In this document: piece after piece, positions 1 through 14,531 of the stretch | Layout of the letters: every line of letters starts with the position of its first letter | How positions within the stretch are numbered: the first letter of the stretch is position 1 | Source of the DNA: Eledone cirrhosa | Lineage: Eukaryota | Direction of reading: 5' to 3' | Assembly: GCA_964016885.1 (NCBI GenBank) | Contig: OZ024745.1 | Location: 87,978,001-88,042,000, forward strand | Length of the DNA: 64,000 nt | Notes under the pieces: generated by a model | Databases searched by the model: none | What the model was told of the DNA's origin: nothing | What the model saw: only the letters and a program-made list of their open reading frames with translations | Translations under genes and position numbers: made by a program

Positions 1-519
1 GCATCAATTAACTGTCGCATTTCACCAATATATATATATATGTTTCTCGTTTCTTACAACGAACACTTTCAAAACAAAAAAAAACATTTCACGATATATA
101 TATATATATGTTTCTCGTTTCTTACAACGAAATCTTTCAAAACACAAAAAAAAAAGAAATTTGATATTCTTTAAATAACATTTCAACAGGAACATTTATT
201 TTCGATGAACCTTTGCCTTTTTGTTCATCGTTTTCTTCATCGTTCAATTTTTTTTTTTTTTTTTTCCCCAAAGTTCACACCAATAATTATGCTGATTGAA
301 GCCTTTCTTTTTCATCATTGTCACTTTCAACATTGCACTATCATTTTCTCGCGCGTTAGAAATATTATTTTTTTTCAACCTTGTATTGGCACGTGTAGGC
401 AGCACAAATTCTCGATTCACAGAGATGTCTCTACTCACAGACAGCCGCACGCCATTTATCACCAGGGATTCTTCAGCCTTAAGCTATATTCTTCTATTTG
501 CCGGTTTATAAATTTACAA

Positions 520-735
520 TGTAAATTTACAGTTGATAACCGCGCATTTATTAAGAATGCTTATTTCTCTGGTCGCTGGCCTCTTGACCCTTCCAGGTCA
601 ACGCATTCTCAACATCGACCATCAACTTCGGCTGCTATTTCTAGCACTTTGCGCAACTCATTTTTTCTAAATAAATTTTTTTTACTGTGAATTTAAACAC
701 CGAATACGCTCACTCAGCGAGACAACAGCAGCAGC
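520..735 (-). pseudogene. Possible degraded pogo/Tigger transposase N-terminus
   Basis: Frameshifted minus-strand peptides VVSLSERIRCLN, TVKKIYLEK/NELRKVLE and MVDVENALTW loosely resemble psq/CENP-B HTH regions; weak. Confidence 0.2.
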
Positions 736-1499
736 AACAGCAATACATCAATACAGCTTCACCAAAGCCAGAGAATTCATTTTTGCAGCACTCTTCCTGT
801 GAGAAAATCCATTCGGAGGTTGGAAATTTCACGATATACCACAGAACAGAAACCACCTGCATTCATTCTCTGGAACACACTTTCTTTCCTGCTGTCATGT
901 GATTGCACACCTGTGAACTATATTTTGAACTTTGAGCTCTTCTATTACTTTTACTTTATTACATTGTATCTTTGGGTGATGGATAGATGGATGTCCAGTC
1001 GTTCTCTGGCCAAGAGCGGTTGGCTACCTTGATATCTATCATTGATTTTTCCAAACATTCTTTTGTCGTACTTTTCATGCCTGTTACAACATTCTCGCCA
1101 ACTTGCTACATATTTTCATTTCGATTTTTATACACTAAAATTCTGGCGGGAGGTTATGTAGCGGTTGTCTCCCTTGTTTTGATTGGGATCTAGACGGGAG
1201 GTGGAACCCTTTCTGCAACTTCCGGTCAGAGCCCTATAAAACTAACAACTTTAAGCTTCCTTTCTCTCTTTGCCTTTTCGGCACCTGGTCAAGAGCCTCT
1301 CATTTGGCTCTGCCATTAATTTGGCCAACAGGCGCCTGGCGTTAGCCAGGCGCCCTCTGCCAGCCGCGTTTGCCTGGCAATCAAAACGGTAACTACTAAC
1401 TTTGTTTCATTCTAACATCTATCTTTGACATGTCAAGTATACTATCTACCGTTAATTAAATATTATACACACAAACCATGTCTCGTTTTGTTACATTCA

Positions 1500-2414
1500 T
1501 ACAACCCAGTATCCTCGCTATAACTTGTTTGCTGTAATCGCCCTCTGCGCCGCCGCTGACGTGGTATGGCGACCGAGGCGACTACTCTTTTTAGGTGGCA
1601 TTGTATGTGAAAATGAAAGGGTGAAAGTTACTTCTACAGCAAAATTGCCTTTGAAAGTATAAGGCTGAAAACTGTCTGCGTTGCGCAGGGGGAAATGGGA
1701 GAACGAACGGCAAATAAATAACTCACAGTTTGTTGAAAGCGCGCTTCTGTCAGCAATTTGAAGTTGTTTGGCCAAAAATCCCTATGTGGTTTTTTTTTTC
1801 CACTCAATAAACGTGTAAATATGTTATACACAAAATGTAATTGTGTGTGAGTTGGATGATAGATGTTTTAAAAAAAGATTTTAAGCGTATATAAGAGATT
1901 GTTGAATAAATTTATCTGTTGCTTTTGAATAATTGTAGTTTGGTATAAAATGTAAGCGTCATGTATTTAATGTTTGTCTCTGTATCTCACTATTTAGCTC
2001 ACTCCTTTATTTTTTTCTCTCTCTCTAAAGGAAATTATTAAGGAGTGGGGTTATAAGCGTCATGTATTTAACGTTTGTCTCTGGCTCACTCCTTTATTTT
2101 TTCTCTCTCTCTCTAAAGGAAATTAGTAAGGAGTGGGTAGGTTGCAGCATGTATTTTTTTTTTTTTCGATTTTTAAGGGGTGTTAGGCAGTGTAATCAGA
2201 AGGTATTATAGAGGGTAAAGCGTCATGTATATAGTTTTATCGATTATTTCCGTAATTGTGGGGGAGTTTGAATGAAATAAATAGTCGTTAAACTAAGTTA
2301 GACCATTTACAACATTCTTACAGACTTTGAGTCGAATAGGTTTGAAATTGTGCAAATGTATAAACATGGAACATGTACGCACACACACAACAACAACAAT
2401 CTGCCTTTTATAGA
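1500..2414 (-). mobile_element. Probable Helitron 5' portion
   Basis: Minus strand starts A|TCTATAAAAGGCAGA followed by (TTG)n/(TG)n, has ~100-bp subterminal repeats (1953-2137), then a basic ORF start MPPKKSSRLGRHTTSAAAQR typical of RepHel N-termini. Confidence 0.4.
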
Positions 2415-3104
2415 TAATTGTTTCTACTTTAGGCACAAGGCTTTTATAGATAATGATGAAATTACAACGCGTAACACTACTATACATTTCGCATTAAACA
2501 CTCTAAACTTCACTATAGTAAAACAAATGCTTTCCATATCTCCAGGTTGAGCTGTCTCGAAACTTTATAATTATAGATACCACCCTAGAGAATAATATAT
2601 GTTTCTCTCCCAAAACGTGAAAAGCTAGTAAATTTCGTTCATTTGGCAGGAATTTTGGATTAGACATTCTTTATGTACGTTTCAATAAGTACGATTGACA
2701 AATTAGTTATAATTTACGTTTTTTCTCATATCTATTTCTGAAATGAGCTAATACACAGTAATATGCATATACAAAGAAATTTATATTCATTTCCTAGTTA
2801 CAGTCAGTAGACTGGCGCCAGCCTGGGTCACCATCACCTTGAAATATTAACCAATAGTAACAACCTCGGTACATATTTTCATGTTTAGTACATACTTTGT
2901 TGACTTTGTTTTGTCAAACCCATAAGTGCTAGGACAGACACAGAAAGGTACACATACGAACCTACATGCCGGGCTAACGTACCATTTCCGTTTACCAATT
3001 TTTCCTTCACAAGGCATTAGTCAAACCAAACAGCCCATAGCAGACACTTACGCAATGAGCCGTGACTGTGACGTTAACTCTTTCATCACACACAGATAAA
3101 AATA

Positions 3105-3854
<750 letters not shown>

Positions 3855-3855
3855 C

Positions 3856-4150
3856 ACGTTAGAAGGCGAGAACAATGCAGGTTTGGAGATAGGATATAAA
3901 TGTAAAATATAACGCTGACAATTAGTCTTTTACCTTAATTTATTCATATATCCTGATATTTGGAGATGATATCTCTTTGTCTGAGCAAAGTAAAGGGGTT
4001 AATCCAGTGTCCGAAGTGGGTTGCTAAGTCATGCTGACCAGAAGTAGTATACCATTCTATTCTACTTCTAATGTCAAAGAGTGAAGGTTTAGGCAGGTCA
4101 AGTGGTTAAAGAGTTGTCTCGCTTTAAAGGGTTTGGACATGTATGTCTAA

Positions 4151-4182
<32 letters not shown>

Positions 4183-6478
4183 ATACATAAAGGTGCAGGC
4201 ATGCGCATACGTGTGTGTGTGTGAGAGGATACGTGGATATGTAAATATGAGGGCTAGATGCTCTAATATGTAGGGAGTACCACACATTCTAAGTGTGTAA
4301 GTGTGTGCGTAAAGATATAAGCATGCGTGTGTGTGTGTTTTTGTGTGAGCGTTGGAGGATACATAGAGATGTAAATATGAGTGTAGATGTTCTATCATGT
4401 TAAAAATTGAGTGTTGAGTTCTAATCTATTATTGATTTGTGATTGCGTTTTGTCTATAATTAATGCTTCTTTAATTCGAAGATTGCCGAGGTTTCTTTCC
4501 TTAGCTTCTATCCTAACTATTATGTTTTTGTTGATGTTTTTACATTTCCCTAGATGTTTCTTAAATGAGGAAGCATTAGTGTTGAGGTGTTCTTTTATTC
4601 TAATGTGCAGGTGTCTGTTGGTGTTCCCTACGTATAAGTTGCTACATTTGTCGCACTCTAATCTGTAGATGACGCATGCCTGGTGGCATAGGTTTGTGTC
4701 GTCGATGGGGCAGTTGGCCAGCTTGCAGCGGCTGTCTTGTCTGGTGGAGTGTCTCTTGGCTAGCTGTCCGCGTAGAGAAGGTCCTGAGTGGGCTAGCTGG
4801 ATATCTAATACCTCTCGCCTGGTGGTCCTGCGTATGACCGACCTGAAATGGACGAACAGGTTGCCTTTTTATAGAAGTAGGTGTGGATGTCACCTTCCTC
4901 TGTTACCCTGAGTTGGAAGTCTAATAGGGATAGGGATCCATGCTGAACTTTATATTGGCGTCCATGCTGGAGAATGCCATGTATATTTTATTCGCTTCTT
5001 CACGGGATGATGTAAGGATGAGAATGTCATCTACATATCGCGTGAACAAGGTACATGAATGGCAGGTGTTGAGGGCTCGGCATTCCAGCTGGTTCATATA
5101 AGTGATGGCCAGCAGGCCCGATAGGCTGGATCCCATGGGTAATCCTGTTGTCTGTCTGTATGTGTGGTGGTCGAAGGTGATATATGTGTTGTTCAGCGTG
5201 AAGGACAATACCTGGAGTATGTCCGTCGGATGGAGGCCGTAGCAGTGGAGGTCTTCGGCGACCATGCAGTCCGTTAATAAATTGACAGCTGGATGAGCGG
5301 CGACTGTAGTATAGAGGGAGACAACGTCGAGGCTAAAGGCGTATCTATTAAGTTAACTTGTTCTGGCTGGAGTTGGTGTAGTCTACGTAAAACCTTGTCG
5401 GAGCTACTGACATGCCCGGGAAAGGTGGAAAGTAAAAGCTTATGGACATGGAGATGAGCCAAGAAATTTTGTATAGGGGCCCTTCTATGCTAGAGACGAT
5501 GGGTCTTATTTGTGTCTCAGTACTATTCTTGTGGGTCTTGATGAGGTGATAGAAAGTGAGCAGTCTGCTATTTCTAGTGGTGTAGTTGGACTTAAATTTA
5601 TTTGGGAGATGTCGAACCAGATGGAGTTGGCCTGCTTTTCGATCTGGGCTGCAGTTTTTGTCCGGGACCTCTGTATACAGTTTGTTGTCGCTTAAATGTT
5701 CAAAAGCTAGGTTGTTGTATGTGGCTTCAGAGATGATACAAAACTGTTTCCCCTTGTCAGATGGTAAGTAGATAAGTTCCCTATTTCGCAGGTTCTTCAG
5801 GGCGAGTTGTTGCATCTTGGAGAGGTTTGGGGCTATCTTCCTCTGTTTCCGTAAGATGTTAAATACGGAATATTTTAGTCTCGAGAGTTTTTCTTCTAGT
5901 GCGCGGTTAGAAGGTGGTGGACAGAGTGGGCGGTCTAGTTGGTATATCGGGAATCTGTGTTAGGCGGCCCGACAGAAATTCGTTTCTATGTCGAGCCATA
6001 ACTTGTCTTCCAGTCTCTGTTTTAATATGAACTTGGGACCCAGGCTGAGGAGGTCTAGTTCATCTCGGGAGAGGGATCCTGTCAAGTCTGTGACAAGGTG
6101 TTTTGTTGGTCGTGGCGCCGCTAGGTTCGATGTTGGTACCGTCTTGTTTGCCTCTGTTGGTGCTTAGAGTTGGGTCGTTGTTAGGACGGTCAGCCGTTCT
6201 GAGTTTGATGAATTTTTGCTTTAAGCGTTTTTTCTCGTAATCTCGGCGATAGTGGTAGGACCTGTCTATAGCGGCGGAAATTACTCCGAGCAGAGGTTCT
6301 GGGGTTTCAGCCAGTTGCGGTACTAGGCTGGAAATTGCCCGTATGTGTTGTGGTAGCGTGAGGTGTAGGTGTTGTAGGAGTTTTCTTAGGCAAGATTTGT
6401 GTATGTAGCTAAGTGATCGTTTGAGGCCTGGTGATTTGAAGCATGTTGGTAGGTGCAGGTTTTTGATTGTTTTGGGGA
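3856..6478 (-). mobile_element. Penelope-like retroelement (RT plus C-terminal GIY-YIG), frameshifted
   Basis: Peptides PSDKG, IRPIVS, YRQTTGLPMGSSLS, RYVDDIL and, near 4560-4680, VIYRLECDKCSNLYVGNTNRHLHIRIKEH; 3' end abuts (TA)n. Confidence 0.92.
4921..5265 (-). pseudogene. PLE reverse transcriptase core fragment
   Basis: ORF contains GLPMGSSLS and YVDD motifs. Confidence 0.9.
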
Positions 6479-6657
6479 GCACCACCAGACACCTTCACAT
6501 TATATAAAAGAACACCTCAATACTAATGCTTCCTCATTTAAGAAACACCCAGGGAAATGTAAAAACATCAACAAAAACATAATAGTTAGGATAGAAGCTA
6601 AGGAAAGAAACCTCGGCAATCTTCGAAAGAAGCATTAATTATAGACACAAAATCAAT

Positions 6658-6800
6658 AATTGTTTCTACTTTAGGCACAATGCCAGCAATTATCCAGTGC
6701 ATTACTGGTACTTTATTTTATCGACCCCGTAAGGATGAAAAGCAAAGTCAACCTCGGCGGGATTTGAACTCAGATCGTAAAGGGACGTAACTATGCTAGA
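6658..6800 (-). mobile_element. tRNA-derived SINE (octopod-like family)
   Basis: Reverse complement of CTGAGTTCAAATCCCGCCGAGGTT...GGGGTCGATAAAATAAAGTACCAGT; B-box GTTCAAATCC. Confidence 0.85.
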
Positions 6801-7220
6801 AAATAATAGATTAGAACTCAACACCCAATGTTTAACATGATAGAACATCTAGCCCTCATATTTACATCTCTACGTATTCTCCCACACTCATGCTTATATC
6901 TTTACGTATTCTCTTACACACACACACTTAGAATGTGTGGTACACCCTACATATTAGAGCATCTAACCCTCATATTTACATATCCACGTATCCTCTCACA
7001 TACACACACGCGCGCGCGCATGCCTGCACCTTTATGTATTCTCTTACACATACACACACTTAGACATACATGTCCAAACCCTTTAAAGGGAGACAACTCT
7101 TTAACCACCCGACCTGCCCAAACCTTCACTCTTTGACATTAGAAGTAGAATAGAATTGTATACTACTTCCGGTCAGCATGACTTAGCAACCCACTTCGGA
7201 CACTGGATTAACCCCTTTAG

Positions 7221-7271
7221 TTTGCTCAGACGAAGAGATATTATCTCGAAATATCAGGATATATGAACAAA
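7221..7271 (+). ncRNA. Variant hammerhead motif (CAGACGA core) in PLE pseudo-LTR
   Basis: CAGACGA-A-GAGAT/ATCTC-GAAA-TATC/GATA-TA; more decayed minus-strand copy at ~3940-3988. Confidence 0.5.
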
Positions 7272-7500
7272 TTAAGGTAAAAGACTAATTGTCAGCGCTA
7301 TCTTTTACATTTATATTCTATCTCCAAACCTTCATTGTTCTGGCTTTCTAACTTCTAACGTTTATACCACACTATACAATACTTCAAATAAACTACCAAT
7401 TCCTTCTATATATTTATATATAATGAAGGAAGTGTGGTAAGGAACCAGGTGGACCATAACGCACCAGAGTACTCGATACTGAGGGTAGTAGAGTGGGCAA

Positions 7501-7604
7501 TAGGAAAAGAGTCAGGACCCCGACGGCTGAGCTCTGCCCATTTCGACAGCTAGATATAGCTGTCGAAACGTTCGGAGCTCAGCCGTCGGGGTCCTGGCTC
7601 TATT

Positions 7605-7608
<4 letters not shown>
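7501..7608. repeat. ~108-bp near-perfect palindrome
   Basis: TAGGAAAAGAGTCAGGACCCCGACGGCTGAGCTC ... GAGCTCAGCCGTCGGGGTCCTGGCTCTATTCCTA with inner TTTCGACAGCTA-GATA-TAGCTGTCGAAA. Confidence 0.9.
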
Positions 7609-7646
<38 letters not shown>

Positions 7647-8375
7647 CACATACACATACATAACCTCAATTGTACCTTTTAAACTATTAAAAATCAAATA
7701 TGTATAATTGACTTTTACTAGGCACAAAGCTTCGATATTTCAGAGAGGAAGAAATGGGATAATATGATTACTCTGCCAAGATCCCCCGCAGCCGTAAAAT
7801 AAACTGAAATGATTTCAAAAAGGAATTAAATTCATATAACATAACTGGATTACCAAATGCTTATCGTTTGCTCCACACAGTCTACTCCGAACTGATAAAC
7901 ACATATGTTAATATATTTTTTTGCCGTTTTCAATTATTAAACTGCTGTTATACGGGATTTTTGTTTGACGCATTGTCGCTTTGTCATTTTCTTCTGATAC
8001 ACACACACAAACACAAACACACACACATGCACCCCCCCCCCCCCACATACACACACACATTCACACACGCACATATTTACATACACCCACACACACACAC
8101 ATCCAGATGTACATACACACGTACATAGAACCTGTAGCACACATTATGACATAAAGCAAAATCTTAGCTATTCTATCAAATAATATCCAGTTTTATGAAG
8201 CCAACCTTATATCTGAAATTCCAATTTAACTAGATCACGTAACACAAGTGTGGGGCTATCTAAATAAATATAAGTGTTTCATTATTTATTACTTCACCTA
8301 AAGCGTGATGTTTGCCTGATGGCTGACTTGTTCTAAACATTCAGAAGGTTAAACTTAAAAGAGTACTGTTTAGCT

Positions 8376-8697
8376 CAGGGGCTTGTAACAGGCGGCCCGC
8401 AGGCCACAATCCGCCCCGCCAGACCAGTCAGAGTGTCTCGCGATGACTGTTTTTAATGTTTACCTTGTAGGCTTATTTAGAATTTTTTTCGTAACCGTAA
8501 TAATACAATTTTCCGTTAGTTGAGCTATGTTAAAAGACTTCACTGATAGGGTTATGTGTGTTATAATTTCCCAGTTCCATATTATGGAAAGAAGTTGTGG
8601 TGAATCTTTGGAATAGTGTTTAATAAATATTAATTGTTCTTATAGTTGTTTCAATGTTCAAAGGTGGCCCGCCAATGGAACATGTTGTTCACCCCTG
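8376..8697. mobile_element. Non-autonomous hAT MITE
   Basis: CAGGGG...CCCCTG termini, GGCCCGC subterminal motifs, 8-bp TSD GTTTAGCT/GTTTAGAT; second copy at 19255-19574. Confidence 0.85.
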
Positions 8698-8921
8698 GTT
8701 TAGATTCAGTTAATATGTGCCGACTGGATGGACACTTCTTGTATAAATCCTGTCGTCGTTTTAAATCAAACCTTAAAACAACAAATAAGATACACAAGTT
8801 ATATATTCTCTTCTGTATCAGAACTCTAAAGTGGTTTTCGTAGTCTAACGTTAAAAGTTAAACTTGTTTGAATTATATTTATGCTTCGCACCGCAAGACA
8901 CTTCACATAATAAAATGTTTC

Positions 8922-8962
<41 letters not shown>

Positions 8963-8964
8963 CC

Positions 8965-9362
8965 TTTCTTCCGATATCATTTCGGAAGAAGGATCAGGAT
9001 GGAGAGAGAGGTGCTGCACCCCAGCCATTTCTATGAAAGATGGGTGAAAGTGGCGAGAATGGCCCGTGTGAATGGGCCTTCACTCTACATCAGACTATAG
9101 GTGAGGAAGATGAAAGACCAAGGGAGCACCCCTTCTCTGTGCTCCTGAGGAGAAGGGTTGCACACTTTTTTAGGGGGTGTGTGCGACCCCCCAAGGCGCC
9201 TCCTCTCTATTGAGGATTTTGTTAAAAATTTTATTTTTTGTTATATCTTATTTTATTTTTATATTTTGTTATTGCCTCCTCCTTATTGAGGACGCCTTTT
9301 TGTGTAAACTCCCCCCTTTGTACTTGTCCCACTTTTGATGCCCTAGTGGCAAATAAAAGAAA
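8965..9362 (+). mobile_element. 3' fragment of Tx1/L1-type LINE
   Basis: FFRYHFGRRIRMEREVL...ERWVKVARM matches the C-terminus of the 29.7-33.4 kb element; flanked by (CTAT)n. Confidence 0.8.
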
Positions 9363-9364
9363 TA

Positions 9365-9429
<65 letters not shown>

Positions 9430-9439
9430 GTCTATCTAT

Positions 9440-9920
9440 CTATCTAGGGCGGGTAAAATGCCTGAGATCCATGAACGAGTTCTCTCCAGTGGTCTGTGTC
9501 CTTCATCATCGCTGCTATGTCCTGCGTCTCCATGAGACTGGTGTCTGTCCTTAGGTCATCAACATATGTAAACCTCGGTCTCCTTCTTTTAGTGTGTCCG
9601 TGCAGGGCCTCCCATAGGAGCACTGAGTGTAGTGTCAACTCTGGATGTCGGTGAGCATGTCCAGCTAACCTCAGTCTCCTCTGTGCTACTTTCGAACTGA
9701 TTTTTGGAGGCTTCACGTACAGCTCTGAGTTCTTCATCCTCAGTGTATGCTATTTAATGTTCAGAGCCATCCTCGGCATTCTCATGTAGCACCCATCCAA
9801 TATCTGAGTGAGTTTCTTGGTCAGTGTCCAAGTCTCAGACTCGTACAGCAGCACAGACTCCACTACAGCAACGAAGAGACGGATCTTCAGTTCTTTATGA
9901 AGGTCAGACTTCCACACCGA
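9440..9920 (-). mobile_element. 3' fragment of RTE-type LINE
   Basis: SSKVAQRRLRLAGHAHRHPE...LLWE...RPR; same family as 48490-49103. Confidence 0.85.
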
Positions 9921-11067
9921 TATTATTTAATAGGATGTGTAAAATGACGATTTCTATAACATATCAGAAATAATCTGAAGATTCAATTGCTTTTATTTAT
10001 GAGCTATTTGAAACAAATTAAACTCAACTGTTTTATGACAAATTGAATACATCGACATAGAGAAATAGAATAATATGTCTAATAATTAATATCAGTAGCG
10101 CGTCGGACACCATGCTTTGCGGCATTCTTTCGTATATCAAATACTGCTTTAACTCTTATACCATTATTTATCTAAGACGGTAATGATATGTAGCTGCTAT
10201 TTCTAGCAGATTCAAGACTCCTCCTGATGGCTCAACACAGCTATACCTAAGTGTAATAATATTTTATTATGTTTTTCCTATTACTGTATATAAATCATCA
10301 CTCATATTATTATGTGTAAACAAACATACCACATTTTGCTAACTCAAACGATATTGACCTTAATGTATATATCAGCTGCTAGATAACGGCTAAGCAAGTA
10401 AATATAATATATATGTGGTTTCAACAACTTAGCGAAATTATTGCTGGAATGGTTTGTTGTACAGAAAACACATTTGCTACTTCACAAATATAATCACATA
10501 AACACAAACACCTTTAAAAGAAAACGATGTAATAAAGTAAGAAGAAAATTTAATTTACAGCAAGTCCTAAATAGATAACGCAATATTGATTCTACATGCG
10601 GACAAATTAATGACATAAGTGTAAAGGGAAAGTTATGATATGGTGCTCATAATTTTCAAATTCCATCTCTTGTTCAATCTATAACAGGGTATAATAATAT
10701 GTACGTAGCCATAGACATAACGTAGCTCTGAGGAACGACTGACTGTTCGGATACTCAGTCTATACCCACTGTCGTCTGTAGTTCTGGTATTATATATGAT
10801 AAAAAAAAAAGAAGCCATTTATAACTAAGAATTAACCTAAGTTTATTTCTGGCTAAAATCGTTTAGAATTCGTTGGCGACATGTGTATAGAGCATATGTC
10901 GTCTGTCGGAGTGCAAAACATGCTCTATAATGTCATAGTTTACACGGTGAAAGGAGGCATGAATTGCCTAGAATAGATAACACAAGTATTTTAATCCGAC
11001 CATCCATAAACACGTATACACAGACACACACACAAACACATACACATCTATACATCTATACATACAT

Positions 11068-11137
<70 letters not shown>

Positions 11138-11139
11138 TA

Positions 11140-13048
11140 TACACGTCGCCACTAACATACCGGGAACCTTTTTCAGGGCTGTCGAACAATCTTTTCCACA
11201 CACACACAAATACCACAAGCTCTTCAATAAACGCACCGTAAAATTTTCTTTCTCCACAGCACCAAACCTAGGCCACACAATAGCACACAATAATATGTCG
11301 AAAATACAAAAACCACCACCACAACCCAGAACGAAACCACACGCACAACACAACAACACACACACCACACCAACACCGCACGACACATATATAGGTGCGA
11401 CATCCACTACGTTTAAGGAGCGCTGGTATAACCACAGAGCTTCTTCAAACATAGATTGAAACGACCCCAAACAAAACTGGCCGACCTGATCTGGGACCTC
11501 AAGGACAGGAATATTGAACCCCAGATTTCGTGGTCAGTAAAAAGACGCGTGGCATACATCCCCAGTGACAGAAACCACTGCAGATTATACCTAGCTGAGG
11601 CGGCGGAAATAATTAAACTTGATTCCGCCATAAACTATAGGTCGGACATAATTGTCAATTGCAGACACACTAGGATGCACACCTTTTCTGCACAAACTTT
11701 CGCGGGAGGACCACGCACTAACAATGACCCACCATAATAATCACCATAATAATAACCACATCTGCCCCGTATCACCATCGCCCATCTCAACGAACATTAA
11801 TTATAATCTAACTTCACTTTATCTTATTTCATTGCATTGCATTTAACCATATGTAAGCCCGTATTTTGTATATCATGCCGCATACATAACCCACACCAAA
11901 AATCACACTAACCACGACACACCATATTAATAACCACATATACCCCGTCTCAACATCGCCCTCCTCAATGAACTTATTGTATTGTACTCCATGTAACCAT
12001 TTCTAAGCCCGCATTTGTATATCATGCTGCACACACCACCATCACCACCACCAAAATTCACATCAACATACACACCTCATCGTTGCAACATCGTATTAGA
12101 TCGGTATCCTATGATACGTTCTACCTTGCAATCCACAATGACAAGGGACATTGTAAATAAAATGTCGATCATATCACACCAACGCCACCACCACCACAAC
12201 ACCACCACACATCGTCATATGCCTACCATACACGCCTATAACATCATCCCCTCATGTTCCCTCTGTCTACTCTAACCTACAACCCCACGCTAAATTCGAC
12301 CCTGTAATTATACTGTCGCACGCACACACAACCACAGCCACCACTAGATACATCCAAATACCTCAACAATCATTATCATTAACATCATCAACACATATCA
12401 CCCCTCGCTCCCAGATCGACTGTATTATAGACCCCCCACCCCCCGTCTGCCTTACCCTATAACACACCGTAACCTCTGATCATGTAACCATCTCGTCGAA
12501 CATATCACCCCAGCACCACCACCACCATGTCCGCAACACACATCGCCGTACACCCATAAACACCTTCTAACCGGTATTCGATCCTGTATATATATTTTTG
12601 TCCCTCACAACTCCACCACCACCACCACAAAACACAACTCCATACTTCACCAACACCAACAACGCACACCCCCACTCCCCAACCAACAATAGCGTGTGTG
12701 TCGGTGTGTAAGTATTCTTACACATACGGACCTATGAGTGTGCGTGCGTGTACGCATAGTTATTGTATGTGTGTGTGTGTGTGTATGTGAGCGCAGGTGT
12801 ATACATGTGTGTGTGGGTACGTATGTGTGGGTACGTATCTGTATGCATATATATGCCTATGTGTATGCGTATGTGTATGTGTGTGTGTCTATACGCATGT
12901 GTATGTATGTGTGTATATGTGCACGTCTACATATAGGTATATCGGTGAATCTGACCATATGTGTAGGTGAGCTCATGTGCGTGTATGTATGTGTATATGT
13001 GCGTGTATATCTGTGTGCTGTATGTACATGAGTGTGTGTGTGTATATC

Positions 13049-13134
<86 letters not shown>

Positions 13135-14091
13135 TGAGTGTGTATATATGTGCGAGAGTATACGTGTGTGTGAGTGAGTATGTGTATATTTTGTATACGT
13201 GAGTGTCAGTCCAGGTGCCCATCTCCATATGTATGTGTGGGCATATGTATGTGTAGGTATGTATGTAAAACACCTTCTACATTGCTTCTACCTTCCCCTC
13301 ATCTCCGTCGTTCGCCACCCCCAACTATACTCCCCCCACTCTCCATATTCGTTTCCGCACGCGCACACGCACATACATGTGTGTACATATACATATGGCC
13401 GTGTGTGACAGTGTCTCGATATGTGTGGGCAAGGATGTACGTATGTGATGTGTGGTGGGTGTGTTTATACAACAATGTGTGTGCACATATATACCTATAT
13501 ATGTGTGTGCGTATAGGTATATACAAAGCATCTGCCAGACGATGACCGACTAGCTATGTAAGTGGGTAATGACCTTGACACCACCAATACATCCGTCACA
13601 CCACCACAAACGCCACTACCATAGACAGCGGCACCAATAACAAACCCCCACACACACTCCAACCCGTCTACTGACAACCCGCTAACCTCATACCACAGCC
13701 CATCCCACTAAGCAACCATAACCAACACCATATCATGACATCCACACCCACACATACTCTACACGCCAAGGCCAATCAACTACCACCATCTCATCCACCC
13801 ATCGTCACGAACATCTCACTATCACACCCACCCCTATATACACTACAGGCCAGTACATCACCTTGACCCTTCCACCAATCAAAACAACTCATTTTGTCAA
13901 ACTCTTGAATATCTGACTTTATCACATAGCATGTATTTCATTTTCTTATAGCATTTCAGGAAGGTCCGTCGAGCTGCGGATTATTGAGTCGGGTAAGATC
14001 GATATAGATCGAACCTTGAGCTGATCAGTGGCGAAACGCGCGTCACCTATCAATAAATGCAATGAAGGAATAATCAATCGTCCTTTTTATC

Positions 14092-14095
<4 letters not shown>
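11140..14095 (+). mobile_element. 5'-truncated PLE (Hydra-clade-like) with GIY-YIG remnant and ~2.3-kb low-complexity 3' region
   Basis: FPHTHKYHKLFNKRTVKFSFSTAPNL, YIGATSTTFKERWYNH, TKLADLIWDLKD...CRH; (TA)n on both sides; hammerhead-like fold at the 3' end. Confidence 0.8.
13951..14060 (+). ncRNA. Degenerate type I hammerhead with long stem II
   Basis: Stem I AGGT/ACCT extended by GCATTT/AAATGC, core CCGTCGA (two deviations), stem II GCTGC/GTGGC, then GAAACGCGCGTC. Confidence 0.55.
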
Positions 14096-14149
<54 letters not shown>

Positions 14150-14151
<2 letters not shown>

Positions 14152-14306
14152 CCACTCCCCCACACACCCTCGGAACTCTCTTCCCACCCACTTTTCTCCT
14201 GAAGAAGGGCTTATGCCCAAAACGTCCCCGTCACTCTCAAGAGCGTGAAACTAATAAACCTTTATTTGTACTACCTCTATGTTTTCGTTCTCGTTCCAAT
14301 TTTCAC
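14150..14306 (+). mobile_element. Solo PLE pseudo-LTR fragment with decayed hammerhead
   Basis: CTGAAGA-AGGGC-TTAT-GCCC-AAAACGTC (G12 changed to A) at 14199-14226, then AATAAA; between (TA)n tracts. Confidence 0.55.
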
Positions 14307-14406
14307 TATATATATATATATAGGTATGTTTCTGTATATATATTGAAATAAAAATATTACGGTGAAGCTTCTATTTCTATTTCAATTCTAAACTTTTATG
14401 TATCTT

Positions 14407-14462
<56 letters not shown>

Positions 14463-14499
14463 CACGTATGTGTGTGTGTGCGTATGTGTGTGTGTGCGT

Positions 14500-14531
<32 letters not shown>

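Larger units (their letters stand above)
6479..7410 (+). mobile_element. Inverted copy of the PLE 3' end (inverted pseudo-LTR), interrupted by a SINE
   Basis: Reverse complement of ~3856-4620 (IKEHLNTNASSF...IEAKERN plus 3' UTR), placed at the element's 5' junction. Confidence 0.9.

Noticed and set aside
20-160. ~68-bp tandem duplication
   Set aside because: Simple local duplication anchored on (TA)n and poly-A; no further structure.
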